64,000 nt of DNA from Spirochaetia bacterium (GTDB taxonomy: Bacteria; Spirochaetota; Spirochaetia; DSM-2461): contig CAXXIA010000002.1 in NCBI GenBank assembly GCA_963666985.2, positions 2,400,001 through 2,464,000 of the forward strand. The letters run 5' to 3'. Numbering within the stretch: the stretch's first letter is position 1; the number at the start of each line of letters is the position of its first letter. The notes under the pieces are model-generated. The model worked only from the letters and a program-made list of their open reading frames with translations, was not told where the DNA came from and did no database searches. Positions 19,124 through 30,349 of the stretch are shown here, piece after piece. Made by a program: the position numbers and the translations under genes.

Positions 19124-22100
19124 ATGAATCTTTCTGAAGTTTCCGTTAATCGTCCTGTTACCATTGCCGTTATTACAGTACTTCTTTTGGGAATCTCTTT
19201 TTTTATGATTCCCAGTTTGGCGGTGGAGCAGATGCCGGATGTAAGTCCTCCGGTGGCCCTGGTTCAAACAACCCTCGAAGGCGCCAGTCCCAAGGAAGTT
19301 GAACAGAGCATTACCGAACTTTTGGAGAAACAGCTGGCCAACGTCAGTGGTCTGGAAGACATTTCTTCCACATCGAGCGCGGAGAGCAGCATCGTTATTC
19401 TCGAATTCGGTTTTGATAAAGACATGACCGAGGCTACAAACGATATCAGAGATTCCCTCGATCAGGTTCGAAACAGTCTGCCGGATGATGCGACAACACC
19501 GATTATCATGAAGTTCGACAGGAATTCCGAGGCCATCATGAATCTCATCATGATTGGTGAAGAGACGCCTGATACGCTGAAGCGTCTGGCCGAGGATGTC
19601 GTACAGCCCCGGCTGGAGAGAATAGAGGGTGTTGCTTCGGCTGATGTGAGCGGCGGCGAGACACGGGCCGTCCGCGTTGACCTTTCCCTCAATCGACTGG
19701 AGGCTTACGGTATTACCGCCGACAACGTGAGTGATGCTTTGGAGGCCCAGAATCTTCAAATGTCCGGTGGGAGTATCGAAAGCGATGGGATGGAATACGA
19801 TCTTCGTGTGGATGAGCGCTATGAATCCATTGAGGATATAGCCCGAACCGTCGTTGCGACACTCTCCCCAGCCTCCGAAGATTCTTCGGTGAATCGCTCC
19901 AATGTCGTCCGGCTGGAAGATGTGGCCGATGTTTATGAGGGCGCAGAGGACGAAGACAGTCTTTATTACATTGACGGCCGTTCGGCCATCTCCATCTCCG
20001 TTTCTAAGGAGAGCGATACGAATTCGGTGCAGATTGCCGAGTCTGTGAATGCCGCCCTTTCTGAAATCGACAAGGAATTACCCGATGGCGTTACGGTGGA
20101 TCTTCTCTATGACGGAACGACATATATCAAATCGGTCATGAACCAGGTTTATAGTTCCGCCTGGCAGGGCCTGCTCCTGGCAATGATTATTCTGATGCTG
20201 TTCCTCCGGAATACCCGAAGTACTCTTATTATCGGGATATCCATTCCGGTATCGATTCTTATCACTCTCATGGCCATGTTCTTTTTCGGTATCACGCTGA
20301 ACATGATGTCCCTGACCGGTCTTATTCTGGGTTTGGGGATGATCGTAGATAACTCCATCGTTATTTTGGAGAATATACACCAGTACAGGGAACGGGGAGC
20401 GAAGCTTCGTGCTTCGGCGATATTGGGCTCTCATGAAATGCTGAATGCCATCATTGCCTCCACATTGACAACGTTATGCGTGTTCCTTCCGATGATTATC
20501 TGGAAAGACGGCCTGGATATGTTCGGGGAATTCTTCAGCGACATGATGTTTACAGTTGTTATTTCCCTGACCGTTTCTTTTTTTACGGCTGTTACACTGG
20601 TACCGGCTTTAAGCAGTAAGCTTATTAAGCTTTACACACATCGGCAGCGTCCCATAAAAAATCCGCTGCTCAAGAGTCTCGATGCGGTTGGTGAGCGGGC
20701 TTTAAACGGGCTGGGGAATGCCTATCGGCGAGGCCTTGTATTCGTCTTGCGGAACCGGCTGATGGTGATTTCCCTGGTGGCTGTTCTTCTGGTGCTTTCA
20801 CTCGTAAAGTTCAGTTCCATGGGTATGAGTCTGATGCCGCGCGGTGATTCCGATGATGAGGTACAGATAGATGTAACTCTTCCTGTGGGAAGTACGATGG
20901 AAGCCACCGAGCAGGTTCTCGTCGGTCTGAGCCGTATTGTGGAAGAAGAAGTGACCGGATATGAGCATCTCAGTATGAGTGTTGCGACTTCGGGACGGTT
21001 CAGCACCAAAGGGAATAACGAAGGGAAACTGGAAATCACCTTGCCGAGTCTGAAAGAGCAGACGGTAAGCGCCAGTGAAATTCAGACAATTCTACGGAAG
21101 CATCTTAACGACTTTCCCGATGCCGAGATTACCATCAGTTCCGGACGAACATTCGGCAGCTCTTCGGCTATCGATGTGGTGGTATATTCTGACAATCTTG
21201 ATTTGGCGCAGGAAACGGCGGTTGAAATCCGTGATTTGATTAAAGAGAATATTCCCGAAGCGGTGGATCCGGTAACCGATCTGGACGAAGGAACTCCGGA
21301 GTACCGTTTGGTTGTCGATAGGGACAGGGCTGCCTCGTACGGGCTTACCGTATCTCAGATTGCCGCGGCGGTGAACGGACTTGTAGACGGAACCACTCCA
21401 ACCAGTTATTGGGACGACGCCACCGAGCTCGATGTTATCCTCCAGTTGGCCGAGACGGACCGTGCCGATCTGGAAGATCTGGGGAGTCTCTTCATTCTTT
21501 CTTCTTCGGGAGAAGAAGTGGCCCTTTCCAATCTTGTGAAATATGAATTGACAACCGGTCCGTTGGAAATCAACAGGGAAAATGAAACCCGAACCGTTCA
21601 TGTAACCGGTGATATTATTACCGGCGCCGCGGCGAATATCGTCCAGCCGAAAATCGCCGCGCTGCTTGAGGAAAAGCTTATTCTTCCCGACGGCGTTACC
21701 TATGATTTCGCCGGCGACCGGATGAATCTGGCTGAAATGATACCGACTGTCATCACGATCGGCATTGTCGCCATCATGATGATTTTCGCGGTGATGGCCA
21801 GCCAATTCGAGTCCCTAGTGGATCCGTTCATCATCTTTTTTTCCATTCCGCTGCTGTTTATCGGAGTAGTTGGAATCTATCTTATTACCGGTGCGGTACT
21901 GAGCGTTTTTTCACTGATCGGAATGATTGTTCTCATGGGAATAGTCGTAAACAACGGTATTGTTATGGTGGATTACATGAATCTGCTGCGTAAACGCGGA
22001 GCCACGGTTCATGAAGCCATTCTGGAAGGGGCAAAAAGCCGTCTGCGCCCCATATTAATGACCAGCCTTACGACTATTTTGGGAATGGTTCCCATGGCCT

Positions 22101-22291
22101 TCTTTCCCGGAGAAGGTACCGAAATGATTCGGCCCATCGGACAGACAATCGTGGGAGGACTCACCGGCAGTACCTTAATTACTCTGTTTGTTACGCCGGT
22201 GATGTATTCGTTGGTAAACCGGGAACGCAAGAAAGACCGGAATCGTCCGGAGTACGGTCCTACTGACGCCGTCGAGGAGGCCATCGCATGA
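19124..22291 (+). CDS. RND efflux permease (AcrB family)
   Basis: SVNRPV, GASPKEVE, GMIVDNSIVILENI, GIVVNNGIVMVD, RLRPILMT. Confidence 0.97.
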   Translation: MNLSEVSVNRPVTIAVITVLLLGISFFMIPSLAVEQMPDVSPPVALVQTTLEGASPKEVEQSITELLEKQLANVSGLEDISSTSSAESSIVILEFGFDKDMTEATNDIRDSLDQVRNSLPDDATTPIIMKFDRNSEAIMNLIMIGEETPDTLKRLAEDVVQPRLERIEGVASADVSGGETRAVRVDLSLNRLEAYGITADNVSDALEAQNLQMSGGSIESDGMEYDLRVDERYESIEDIARTVVATLSPASEDSSVNRSNVVRLEDVADVYEGAEDEDSLYYIDGRSAISISVSKESDTNSVQIAESVNAALSEIDKELPDGVTVDLLYDGTTYIKSVMNQVYSSAWQGLLLAMIILMLFLRNTRSTLIIGISIPVSILITLMAMFFFGITLNMMSLTGLILGLGMIVDNSIVILENIHQYRERGAKLRASAILGSHEMLNAIIASTLTTLCVFLPMIIWKDGLDMFGEFFSDMMFTVVISLTVSFFTAVTLVPALSSKLIKLYTHRQRPIKNPLLKSLDAVGERALNGLGNAYRRGLVFVLRNRLMVISLVAVLLVLSLVKFSSMGMSLMPRGDSDDEVQIDVTLPVGSTMEATEQVLVGLSRIVEEEVTGYEHLSMSVATSGRFSTKGNNEGKLEITLPSLKEQTVSASEIQTILRKHLNDFPDAEITISSGRTFGSSSAIDVVVYSDNLDLAQETAVEIRDLIKENIPEAVDPVTDLDEGTPEYRLVVDRDRAASYGLTVSQIAAAVNGLVDGTTPTSYWDDATELDVILQLAETDRADLEDLGSLFILSSSGEEVALSNLVKYELTTGPLEINRENETRTVHVTGDIITGAAANIVQPKIAALLEEKLILPDGVTYDFAGDRMNLAEMIPTVITIGIVAIMMIFAVMASQFESLVDPFIIFFSIPLLFIGVVGIYLITGAVLSVFSLIGMIVLMGIVVNNGIVMVDYMNLLRKRGATVHEAILEGAKSRLRPILMTSLTTILGMVPMAFFPGEGTEMIRPIGQTIVGGLTGSTLITLFVTPVMYSLVNRERKKDRNRPEYGPTDAVEEAIA

Positions 22292-22581
22292 AGCGTCTGG
22301 AAGTTATCGCCAATCAGGCCGTTGAAGAAGATATCATTGAAGTTCTGGAGGCCGTCGGTCACGGAGAATCCTTTACCTATTTTCACCCGGTTTACGGCCG
22401 GGGGAAGAAGGGACGGCGGGAAGGTTCGGCTGTCTGGCCGGAGACTAATGTGTATTTTCTTGTCTATTTGGAGAGCGAAGCGGCTCATCGATTCATGGAG
22501 AAGCTTCGAACCGTTAAGGAATCTTTTCCCGAAGAAGGCATCCGCTGCTGGCTCAGCGACGTTGTTGTAGAATCGGTCTAA
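22288..22581 (+). CDS. PG0541-family transporter-associated protein (P-II-like)
   Basis: FT....VYGRG..G.REGSAVWPETN; overlaps the RND stop. Confidence 0.75.
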   Translation: MKRLEVIANQAVEEDIIEVLEAVGHGESFTYFHPVYGRGKKGRREGSAVWPETNVYFLVYLESEAAHRFMEKLRTVKESFPEEGIRCWLSDVVVESV

Positions 22582-22800
22582 ACAAAAGTTTCCGAAATCA
22601 GTGAAAAGAATCCGTTGCCAAGGGAACTGTTAAGTCGGCCATTTTCTTTGACAACGGTGATTTGTCATTATTTATCTACGGATTTAAATGGAATGTTAGT
22701 TTATTATATGCAATACTTAAAGAAACGTATATAATAAATTTGCATTGGAATCATAATTTTACGAGAATTAAGGGCAGTTTATCCATGGAGCTGCCCTTAT

Positions 22801-24897
22801 ATGAATAGTATCCAAGCCAAAGTTCTACTACCTATGGTTTTATGTTTCACCATTATTCTCGGTGTTTTTTTTGTATTCCTTTTTTTTCATGAAAAAGGTC
22901 TGCGTATTAAAGAAACCGATGAGATGATCATGCAGATTCTTCATGGTCGGTCCGCCCAGGTGGATGCCGTTATTTCCGGGCTTGAGGAGCAGGGACTCAT
23001 TTTTAGTATGCTCCCGGAAATCAACAATTTGGATCCCGAAGTTTTACCTGAATTCCTCGCCGATTTGGAAATGGACGATCTCATCAAGGAAATAGCAGTA
23101 ATACCTCGTGACGGAACTTTATTCATTCCGAACCTCCATCGTACGGATCTGGATCTCAAGACGCGTCCTTATTATCAGGGAATATTGGAAGAGGATCGGG
23201 ATTTCTTCCTGTCGGCGTTTCATGGGACTCAGGGGTATCCTGTGCTTGCCATTTCGCTTCCTGTTACCGATTTGGTCACGGGTGAACGTAAAGCCGTCAT
23301 GAATGTATCATTAAATTTGAACGATTTTTCCATCAAGGTTTCCGACGACATTGCGATTCTCGGCGGAAGTGGATACATCTTCGATAAAAACGGTAATATG
23401 ATTACCAATCGGAATGCCGATTACATCCTTAATCTTGATATGACAGCCGAGAATAATGATTGGCCGGAACTGGCCGGTCTTGTCTCGGCCGCTAAAGCCG
23501 AATCGAATGGGATCTATTCTTATGTCGATGAGAATGGTGTTCCGATCGTGTCGTATTTTACTGAGATTTCCTTTAATCCCGATTGGATCCTCGCCGTTAA
23601 TGTACCGCTGAAGAACATCATGAAACCCGTACATCGTCTTCTTGTTTCTCTTGGCATCGGAATCGTTATTGTTTTAGGCGTTTTGATAACGATTATTTGG
23701 ATTGTTCTCAGGATTTTCGTCATCAAACCCGTGCATTCAATGACTGATATGCTTAAGGCGATTGCCGGCGGCGGCGGTGATCTGACAGGTCGGATTAATG
23801 TCGGCAACAAAAAGGGAAAAGGGGATGAAATTACCCGAATGGCGGGTTATTTCAACGATTTCATCGGCAGTTTGAACAAAATGATCGTTGATCTAAAGAA
23901 TGCCAGTCGAGATAATCGCTTATTTGCTGATGTATTAGCGTCAAATACAACAGAAATCTCCTCAAGTTCGCTGGAAATGTCGGCAACGACAAAGTCAATC
24001 AGTGAACAGGTAACTCAATTGACCGAAAGAATTGGAGAGTCGGCAGTAAAAGTCAAAAACATTAAGGAACAGATTCAACAAGTTAATTCCAATATTGATG
24101 ACGAAGCGGCTTTTATCACAGAATCATCTTCCGCCATTACGGAAATGGTCGCTTCAATTCAGAATCTTTCCCGCATTTCCACAGAAAAACAGATAATAAT
24201 TAATGATTTAGCTGATAATGCCCAGACGAGCGGTCAGGCTATGGAAGAAACGGCGAGGGAAATAATCGAAATATCGAATTCCGTTGATACCATCGTCGAA
24301 CTGGTGGATGTGATTAATGACGTCTCGCAACGAATCAATCTTTTGTCTATGAATGCGGCTATTGAAGCCGCTCATGCCGGTGATGCGGGTAGGGGATTTG
24401 CGGTTGTTGCCGAAGAAATTCGAAAACTTGCTGAAATGACCAACGAACAATCCTCACGAATTAGCGAGTCGGTAACCCATATTGCCAAAAAAATTGCCAT
24501 TTCCGGAAAAAGCTCCAAGAATACCGAGGAATCCATTTCAAAGATCACTTCGAATATTCAGACTATCGCGGAAACAATAAATGAAATGGTTCTCGGAATG
24601 ACGGAAATCTCCGAGGGCTCCAAGCAAATTATTGAGTCTTTGGAATCGTTGGTATCTTCTTCACAATCTGTCCGGAATTCATCAAAAGTCGTGGACGAAA
24701 ACTCAAACGAGGTTCTCAAGGATATCGAGGAGATTGATCGAATTTCCATTCGGAGTCATGAAGGTGTAGAGGAGCTTGTTGTCGGTAACAATCATATAAG
24801 CCAAGCTATCGGAGAACTGGCTGAAATGGGTGAAAAGAACAACGAGAATATTAATGTGATCGATAGAAAATTGGATCAGTTTAAAGTCGATGAGTAA
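22801..24897 (+). CDS. methyl-accepting chemotaxis protein (Cache-like sensor, HAMP)
   Basis: Two TM segments, [49 protein letters not shown]. Confidence 0.95.
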   Translation: MNSIQAKVLLPMVLCFTIILGVFFVFLFFHEKGLRIKETDEMIMQILHGRSAQVDAVISGLEEQGLIFSMLPEINNLDPEVLPEFLADLEMDDLIKEIAVIPRDGTLFIPNLHRTDLDLKTRPYYQGILEEDRDFFLSAFHGTQGYPVLAISLPVTDLVTGERKAVMNVSLNLNDFSIKVSDDIAILGGSGYIFDKNGNMITNRNADYILNLDMTAENNDWPELAGLVSAAKAESNGIYSYVDENGVPIVSYFTEISFNPDWILAVNVPLKNIMKPVHRLLVSLGIGIVIVLGVLITIIWIVLRIFVIKPVHSMTDMLKAIAGGGGDLTGRINVGNKKGKGDEITRMAGYFNDFIGSLNKMIVDLKNASRDNRLFADVLASNTTEISSSSLEMSATTKSISEQVTQLTERIGESAVKVKNIKEQIQQVNSNIDDEAAFITESSSAITEMVASIQNLSRISTEKQIIINDLADNAQTSGQAMEETAREIIEISNSVDTIVELVDVINDVSQRINLLSMNAAIEAAHAGDAGRGFAVVAEEIRKLAEMTNEQSSRISESVTHIAKKIAISGKSSKNTEESISKITSNIQTIAETINEMVLGMTEISEGSKQIIESLESLVSSSQSVRNSSKVVDENSNEVLKDIEEIDRISIRSHEGVEELVVGNNHISQAIGELAEMGEKNNENINVIDRKLDQFKVDE

Positions 24898-24977
24898 TGA
24901 TATACCTTTTTCTTCTATGGTTTTGAAGAGACGCATATGTATGTCGGCGGGATTTCGGAATCCACCAGGCATGAATC

Positions 24978-25624
24978 ATGGATAAAGACGATTATGAGGG
25001 AGCCCGCAGGGAGGAAGAAAAGCGTTTTTGGGACGGATATGCGGAAGTGTTGTAAACGGAAGAAAGAAAGCTCCTAAAAAGTATCGCATAATCGCTGAAA
25101 CTCTAAGCAAATGGTTCGATGAAAATGCGGAAATGCTCAAAGTCGCTACCGGACCGGGGATTCTTGCGTTCCTGCCGGCAGGGCATTTTAAAGCGATTAC
25201 GGCTTGCGATTTATCCGAAGAAATGGTGCGGGTCGCAAATCGGCGCTTAAAAGGCTCGGGGATTTCCAATCTCGTCTTCAAGGTACAGGATGCTTACGAT
25301 TTGCCGTATCCATCCGGCCGATTCGACATTGTACTGGCGGCGAACACCCCCATGTGATGAAAGAGCCCCGCCGGGCTCTTGCTTCCATGAAACGAGTTGT
25401 GAAAGACGGGGGCAAAGTCATAGTTCCGGCCTTTTGTCATGGCGAGAATCTCCTAAGCCGTGTTTTCTCCGCTTTTATGACTTTTTCAGGATTTCAGGCG
25501 GTCGGCAGGTGGTCTATTAAAGGAGTATAAAGAGTTTTTAGTCTCTGAAGGGTTTCGAATAATCGATTGTCCTTTGGTAACCGGAATAATTCCCGTGGCT
25601 GTTGCAGTACTGGAGAAAAAATAG
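24978..25624 (+). pseudogene. class I SAM methyltransferase with three frameshifts
   Basis: Segments in shifting frames: KRFWDGYA; VATGPG..ACDLSEEMV..DAYDLPY..FDIV; HVM..P..AL..MKRVVKDGG; EYKEFLVSEGF..IPVAVAVLEKK*. Confidence 0.75.
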
Positions 25625-25662
25625 AATTACGGTTCTACCGGAATCGACGGTTTGAATTTCTA

Positions 25663-26226
25663 TTATTCTCGCGAGGTTCTTAGGCGGCGTTCTCTTTCTT
25701 CTTTAGAATAAATACACCCGCAGTAATTCTGATGTTTGATATTTAAATCATGGGCGAGTTTGTTGGCTTTGGAATATCCGTCCTGTTTCTTGAAGTTTTC
25801 GGCAAGAAAGGGAATGTCGAATTCCTCGGAGAGGCTTTCGCCTTCTTTGTTGATTTGTTTTGCATTTTTATAAGGGCTGATGGAGAGGGTGGAGGCCACG
25901 ATATCAAAGTGCTTCTCCGATGCCATCCGAAAAGTTTCCCGGAGCCTGTGATTAAAGCAGACGGAACATCGCCGGCCTCTTTCGGGTTCTTCTTCCAGAC
26001 CTTCGACGGCTTTATTCCAAGTCTCCGGATTGTATTCTCCATAGATGACCTTCCAGTTCTGCAATTCCGCGATGCGTTTAAGTTCTTTTTCGCGGAAGCG
26101 GTATTCCGATTCCGGCTGAATGTTGGGATTATGGAAGAAACACGTTACATCGTACGACTGTGAAAGGAGGCGGTAAACATAAACGGCACAGGGTGCGCAG
26201 CAGGCATGCAGAAGAAGTTTTTTCAT
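25663..26226 (-). CDS. queH: epoxyqueuosine reductase
   Basis: LLLHACCAPC, NPNIQP..EY..R, ERGRRCSVCF, STLSISPYK, QNYCGCIYS. Confidence 0.95.
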   Translation of the reverse strand: MKKLLLHACCAPCAVYVYRLLSQSYDVTCFFHNPNIQPESEYRFREKELKRIAELQNWKVIYGEYNPETWNKAVEGLEEEPERGRRCSVCFNHRLRETFRMASEKHFDIVASTLSISPYKNAKQINKEGESLSEEFDIPFLAENFKKQDGYSKANKLAHDLNIKHQNYCGCIYSKEERERRLRTSRE

Positions 26227-26280
26227 TGTAGCGTATAATACACCACCGCCCGGCGGACGGCGGTGTCTATTCCTTACAAA

Positions 26281-26970
26281 TTAGTGAATTTCTCCATTTT
26301 CCCAGGTTCCCGAACGGCTTTCGCCTTCCTTTGAAGGAATGGTAAGAATCATATCGGGATAGATAAGATCCGGATTGTTCGGACGGGGCATTTTGTCTTT
26401 GTTGGCCTCGTAGAGAAGACGCCACGAGAAGGGATCGTTATAGATAAATTCATACCCCGCGATGTTCCAGAGACAATCCTTATTTCCCGGCAGGAGACGA
26501 ACCCGATAATACGCGGGCAAAGTATCTCCCTTTGATGCCCCGGCTCCGATAGCCGAAAGAAAGGCAAGAGCTTCTTCACAGGTTTCCATGCAGAGAGGGT
26601 ATTCCTTATTGTTGTATTCGCCGGAGGCTTTTTCATAGAGTGCTCTGCCTTCGGCGAGTTCTTCCGGATAACGCTGTCTCATCCAGGGGCGGTCCACTTC
26701 GGCCAGTTTATTTTTTACCCTGGTGAGTGCCGAACGCGCCCGGAAAGCGGCGAGCTGATTGGCAATCCACTGATCCGAGAGTTCCTTATAGCTTTGCGCT
26801 TCATCCGCCAAACGTTTGGCCTCGACATAATCGCCTTCATTGAACGCAACCTCGCTTTGAGCTTTGAGTTCCACCATTTTTCGGTAATATTCGTTGTCCT
26901 GAAGAGATTGAGCGTTAATGGAGACGACGGCAAAGAGGGCGGTCGCGATTATGAGAAAAATCTTTTTCAT
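26281..26970 (-). CDS. exported helical protein with C-terminal LysM-like domain
   Basis: Signal peptide; YRV...DCLWNIAG..IYNDP..W..LYEAN......NPDLIYPDMILTIP. Confidence 0.85.
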   Translation of the reverse strand: MKKIFLIIATALFAVVSINAQSLQDNEYYRKMVELKAQSEVAFNEGDYVEAKRLADEAQSYKELSDQWIANQLAAFRARSALTRVKNKLAEVDRPWMRQRYPEELAEGRALYEKASGEYNNKEYPLCMETCEEALAFLSAIGAGASKGDTLPAYYRVRLLPGNKDCLWNIAGYEFIYNDPFSWRLLYEANKDKMPRPNNPDLIYPDMILTIPSKEGESRSGTWENGEIH

Positions 26971-27404
26971 TCTTGCCCTTCCTCTTCGGCGGTTTTCAGA
27001 GCCGCATCGGCCGCCGATTCCGTATCGGCGATGGCCTTGTCGGCTGCCTTCATCGCGGCGATGGCTTCTTCCCGGGCTTTATCGGCCGCATCGGCCGCCG
27101 TGTTGAATGCCGCGACCGCGGACGTATAGGATTCGAAGGCTTTGGCCACGTCACCGGCCGTTTCCGCTGAAGTGCCTTTATCGTAGAGGAGAACGGCCGC
27201 TTCGTATTCGGAAGAAGCCGCTTTAGGCGCTTTGGCCTCGTCCGCGCGGACGCGTGCCTGGTCCGCATCGGATTTTGCCTGTTCCATGGCCGTTTTATCG
27301 ACGACGGCGGTTGTGCTCGTCGTATCTTCAACCGGAGCGGTTGCGCATGACGCCCAGAGAAGGACCGATGTTAGGAGTATTGTCCAGAGTGCTTTTTGAA
27401 TCAT
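26967..27404 (-). CDS. Ala-rich helical lipoprotein
   Basis: WASC lipobox; overlaps the start of the LysM gene. Confidence 0.75.
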   Translation of the reverse strand: MIQKALWTILLTSVLLWASCATAPVEDTTSTTAVVDKTAMEQAKSDADQARVRADEAKAPKAASSEYEAAVLLYDKGTSAETAGDVAKAFESYTSAVAAFNTAADAADKAREEAIAAMKAADKAIADTESAADAALKTAEEEGQE

Positions 27405-27632
27405 TTTTCCATCCTTTCCTTCATTATAGAAGGCATAACCGATTCCTTAGTTACATGGATGACTGAGGGGAATCGGACTGTGGCTTATTATATCGCAGAA
27501 GGAACAATTTTACGGACTAATAGATTCTGATAAGTTCATTATTGGAGGTAGTTAACTGTTATATCGGTTTTTAGAATGATTATGAAGATAAAGAAATTTA
27601 GGGAGAATCTTGAAAATTCCCCCTAAAACGGC

Positions 27633-28598
27633 TCAAATCAGCGGTATTTGTTTAATCGTTGTTAAAAAATAATCCAAGTCTTTCTTTAGAATCCATTCCC
27701 AGGGCGGAAAAATATACTTATCGCCTTCTTCGGCGTTCGCCGGCAAGGGCACCGAAGGATCGGAGACGACGGCGTGAGCCATGTCTTTATAGAATTCGTG
27801 GTATTCTTGCGAGGCCGCCGAGGCCTTCAGAAAGTTCATGGTGTCTTCATCATCTTGATGATCAAAGTTCCCGCTGCGTACGGCGGCGGCATAAGAGGGA
27901 AGAACAGGCATTCCTTCCTTGGGACGAACTGCAAAAATTCTGTCTTTCGGTCCCGGTCCCGAAAAAACCCCCGGAAGGATTCCGATGGGGAATTCCCCTT
28001 TGATAAGACCGTGGCGAACCGCCGACGGTGCGGATTTCTGCCGCCAGTTCCGAACGCAGGTTTCCAAACCTTCATCTCCGAACAGATACCACATGGCGAA
28101 AAGAACGGCTTGCCCCGAGGGCAGTTCGGTATTGCCGATAAAAACCTTCCCCTCCCATCGGGAATCCAACAGTTCTTCCAATGACGACGGCGCGGGTTCG
28201 GAACCCTGAACTTCGGAATTACAGACGATAAAATGGGGGAGGATCGCCAGGGGATAATAAAGATGAAAAGGATCTTCCACGCCGGCGCGCTTAATTTCTT
28301 CGCGAATCGGCAGAATCTCTCCTATGGGAAGAAGATTATCTTTCCGGCCCAATAGGTAACGGCCGGAACAGAAAAGATCGAACCGCGTACTCACCAGAAG
28401 GTGGAATCCCAGTTTCCCGGAATCAATGTCCTCTTCCAGTTTCTGATGAATTTTGACTTCTTCGGTATCTCCGAGATAAATCATTTCATAAGCGTTCCCC
28501 GTTTCCCCGTTCCAGGTTTCGGAGGCTTTTTCCATCAGTTCGCTTTCCTTGCGGTTCAGGATGCATACGTTGGCCCAGTAAATTTTCTTTTTGCTCAT
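27633..28598 (-). CDS. ABC substrate-binding-fold protein lacking a signal peptide
   Basis: P.SLEELLD..W.GKV motif of Fe/polyamine-class SBPs; hydrophilic N-terminus MSKKKIYWANVC. Confidence 0.7.
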   Translation of the reverse strand: MSKKKIYWANVCILNRKESELMEKASETWNGETGNAYEMIYLGDTEEVKIHQKLEEDIDSGKLGFHLLVSTRFDLFCSGRYLLGRKDNLLPIGEILPIREEIKRAGVEDPFHLYYPLAILPHFIVCNSEVQGSEPAPSSLEELLDSRWEGKVFIGNTELPSGQAVLFAMWYLFGDEGLETCVRNWRQKSAPSAVRHGLIKGEFPIGILPGVFSGPGPKDRIFAVRPKEGMPVLPSYAAAVRSGNFDHQDDEDTMNFLKASAASQEYHEFYKDMAHAVVSDPSVPLPANAEEGDKYIFPPWEWILKKDLDYFLTTIKQIPLI

Positions 28599-29386
28599 GC
28601 CCTTATTACCTCCATGGCCTCGAAGATTTCCGGTTCAACACGTTCCCCGGAACGCAGTTTTTCCTGAACCTCGGCGAGTGTTTTTGTATACCGGCCGAGA
28701 ATCTCTTCGGCTTTGATTTCTCCTTCGCTTCGTTCCAGAACACAGTCCATGCCCCCGTTTTTCATCACGACCCGGCGTTCGCCCAGAAGGGCCAGCTGGG
28801 GGTCGTGAGTGACAATAAGAACGATTTTTCCCCGGCCGGTCAGAAGATCCAGGGCGCATCGCCGGTCTATCCCGGCGTTTTCCACCTCGTCGATGAGAAT
28901 GATGGGCGAATTGCTGATATGGGCCACGTCCGCGATCATCAGGGCCCGCGACTGTCCGCCGGAAAGGCGGGTAAGAACGTCCGCGGGCTTTAAAGCCTCG
29001 CCCGCCAGAGAGTTGGCCGAATCCAGAACGGTTTTCAGGGACGTTTCGTCCGCCGCAAAACCCCGGCACTCGGCATGGAGCCCCAGGAACTCCATCACGG
29101 TCATTTCCAGGGCGAAATTCATATTCTGGGAAAGCTGGGCCACCAGTTTGGATTCCGGGTGGAAGCGGATTTCGGGATTCGGCGCTTTCCCATTGATAAG
29201 GATGCTTCGTCCCGTAACCGTGTCGCCTTGGGCCATTTGTTCTATATCGCCGATAAGCTGGCTTTTCCCGGAGCCTGTGAAGCCTACGATGCTGTAGATT
29301 TGCCCGCCGGAAATATCAAGTCGTTCCACCCGTTCGGGATTTCCGGATTTGTCGCGGCCCGCGAGGATGCTGACGGTACTGATCAT
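28595..29386 (-). CDS. stand-alone ABC ATPase
   Basis: GFTGSGKS, LSGGQ, ILIDE, VTHD; no permease in the operon. Confidence 0.92.
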   Translation of the reverse strand: MISTVSILAGRDKSGNPERVERLDISGGQIYSIVGFTGSGKSQLIGDIEQMAQGDTVTGRSILINGKAPNPEIRFHPESKLVAQLSQNMNFALEMTVMEFLGLHAECRGFAADETSLKTVLDSANSLAGEALKPADVLTRLSGGQSRALMIADVAHISNSPIILIDEVENAGIDRRCALDLLTGRGKIVLIVTHDPQLALLGERRVVMKNGGMDCVLERSEGEIKAEEILGRYTKTLAEVQEKLRSGERVEPEIFEAMEVIRA

Positions 29387-30138
29387 GAGTTTTCCCCCAT
29401 TGCCCCGGCGCCGGCGGATTCGGCGGCTGTCAAAGTTTCAACAGAGGGAAACGTCATCTTGTACACCGCTCCCTGCTGGAACGAGGTTCCCACGCGCATT
29501 TCTCCCATGCAGTAAGAACAGATGGCCGTCGGCATGGGATGACGCAGGCGGGAGCCGATGAGTTCCTGCCGAAGGGCCCGCCGTTCCAGAACATTGGCAA
29601 GGTGCTCGCCTCCGGCGCCGGTGATGCCGTTGACTTCCACGATCTCCGCGTTCGGATTGATGCGGTGAATTCGGTTTCGGAACACTTCCCGTTCGGCTTG
29701 ACTGATGGAATCCCCTTTGGTTACCACAACCACATCGGAAGTGGTGAGGATGGGGCCGATTTTTTCCGGAATCTTGATACTGGAATGACTGTCGATAACG
29801 CAGATCGCCAAGGCTTTGTCTATTCCGGGGGCGCATCGGTGGCAGAGCCCTGCGGTTTCCACAACGAGCACATCGGCGCGGTTCGCTTCGGCCCAGTCCC
29901 GCATTTCTTCCAGATTGACCACGAAGTAGTGGTCCGGGCAAATATCTTCGCTCAAGCCCACCGCTACCGGTACTCCGATATCCTTGTATCGCCGGTCGTC
30001 CTCGGTGGCAAGACAGTCGATTTTTACGACTGCCGTTCTGATCTCCGCGCGCTGAAGGCAGCTTATGGCGTGGATCATAACGGACGTCTTGCCCGAGGCC
30101 GGAGGCCCGGCGACGATGACCGTTCTCGGTACGTCCAT
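29383..30138 (-). CDS. G3E-family (HypB/UreG-like) metal-binding GTPase
   Basis: GPPASGKT, DICPDH, VETAGLCHRC, TKGD, C-terminal CSYC; start set to ATG 30138 (GAGGAG RBS). Confidence 0.88.
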   Translation of the reverse strand: MDVPRTVIVAGPPASGKTSVMIHAISCLQRAEIRTAVVKIDCLATEDDRRYKDIGVPVAVGLSEDICPDHYFVVNLEEMRDWAEANRADVLVVETAGLCHRCAPGIDKALAICVIDSHSSIKIPEKIGPILTTSDVVVVTKGDSISQAEREVFRNRIHRINPNAEIVEVNGITGAGGEHLANVLERRALRQELIGSRLRHPMPTAICSYCMGEMRVGTSFQQGAVYKMTFPSVETLTAAESAGAGAMGENS

Positions 30139-30349
30139 GCCTCTCTCCTCAAGTATTTCGTTTGGTATGATCCCTCCGGTCACGAAGCGATTCGCTTCCG
30201 GTCAGAACGAGTTTGTTATATATCTTAGGTTAACAAAAGTCAATTCTGTTGTAAGAGGATTATTTGTTCTTCCTATTGACAGAATGTTCTCGGACAATTA
30301 ATTCTAATGCCGAATAGTACCCCCTACATATTTTAGCGAGGTGGAATAT

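Noticed and set aside
30139..30349. Cobalamin riboswitch ahead of the FecCD/BtuC-type importer
   Set aside because: The spacer is short and AT-rich, with no B12-box elements visible
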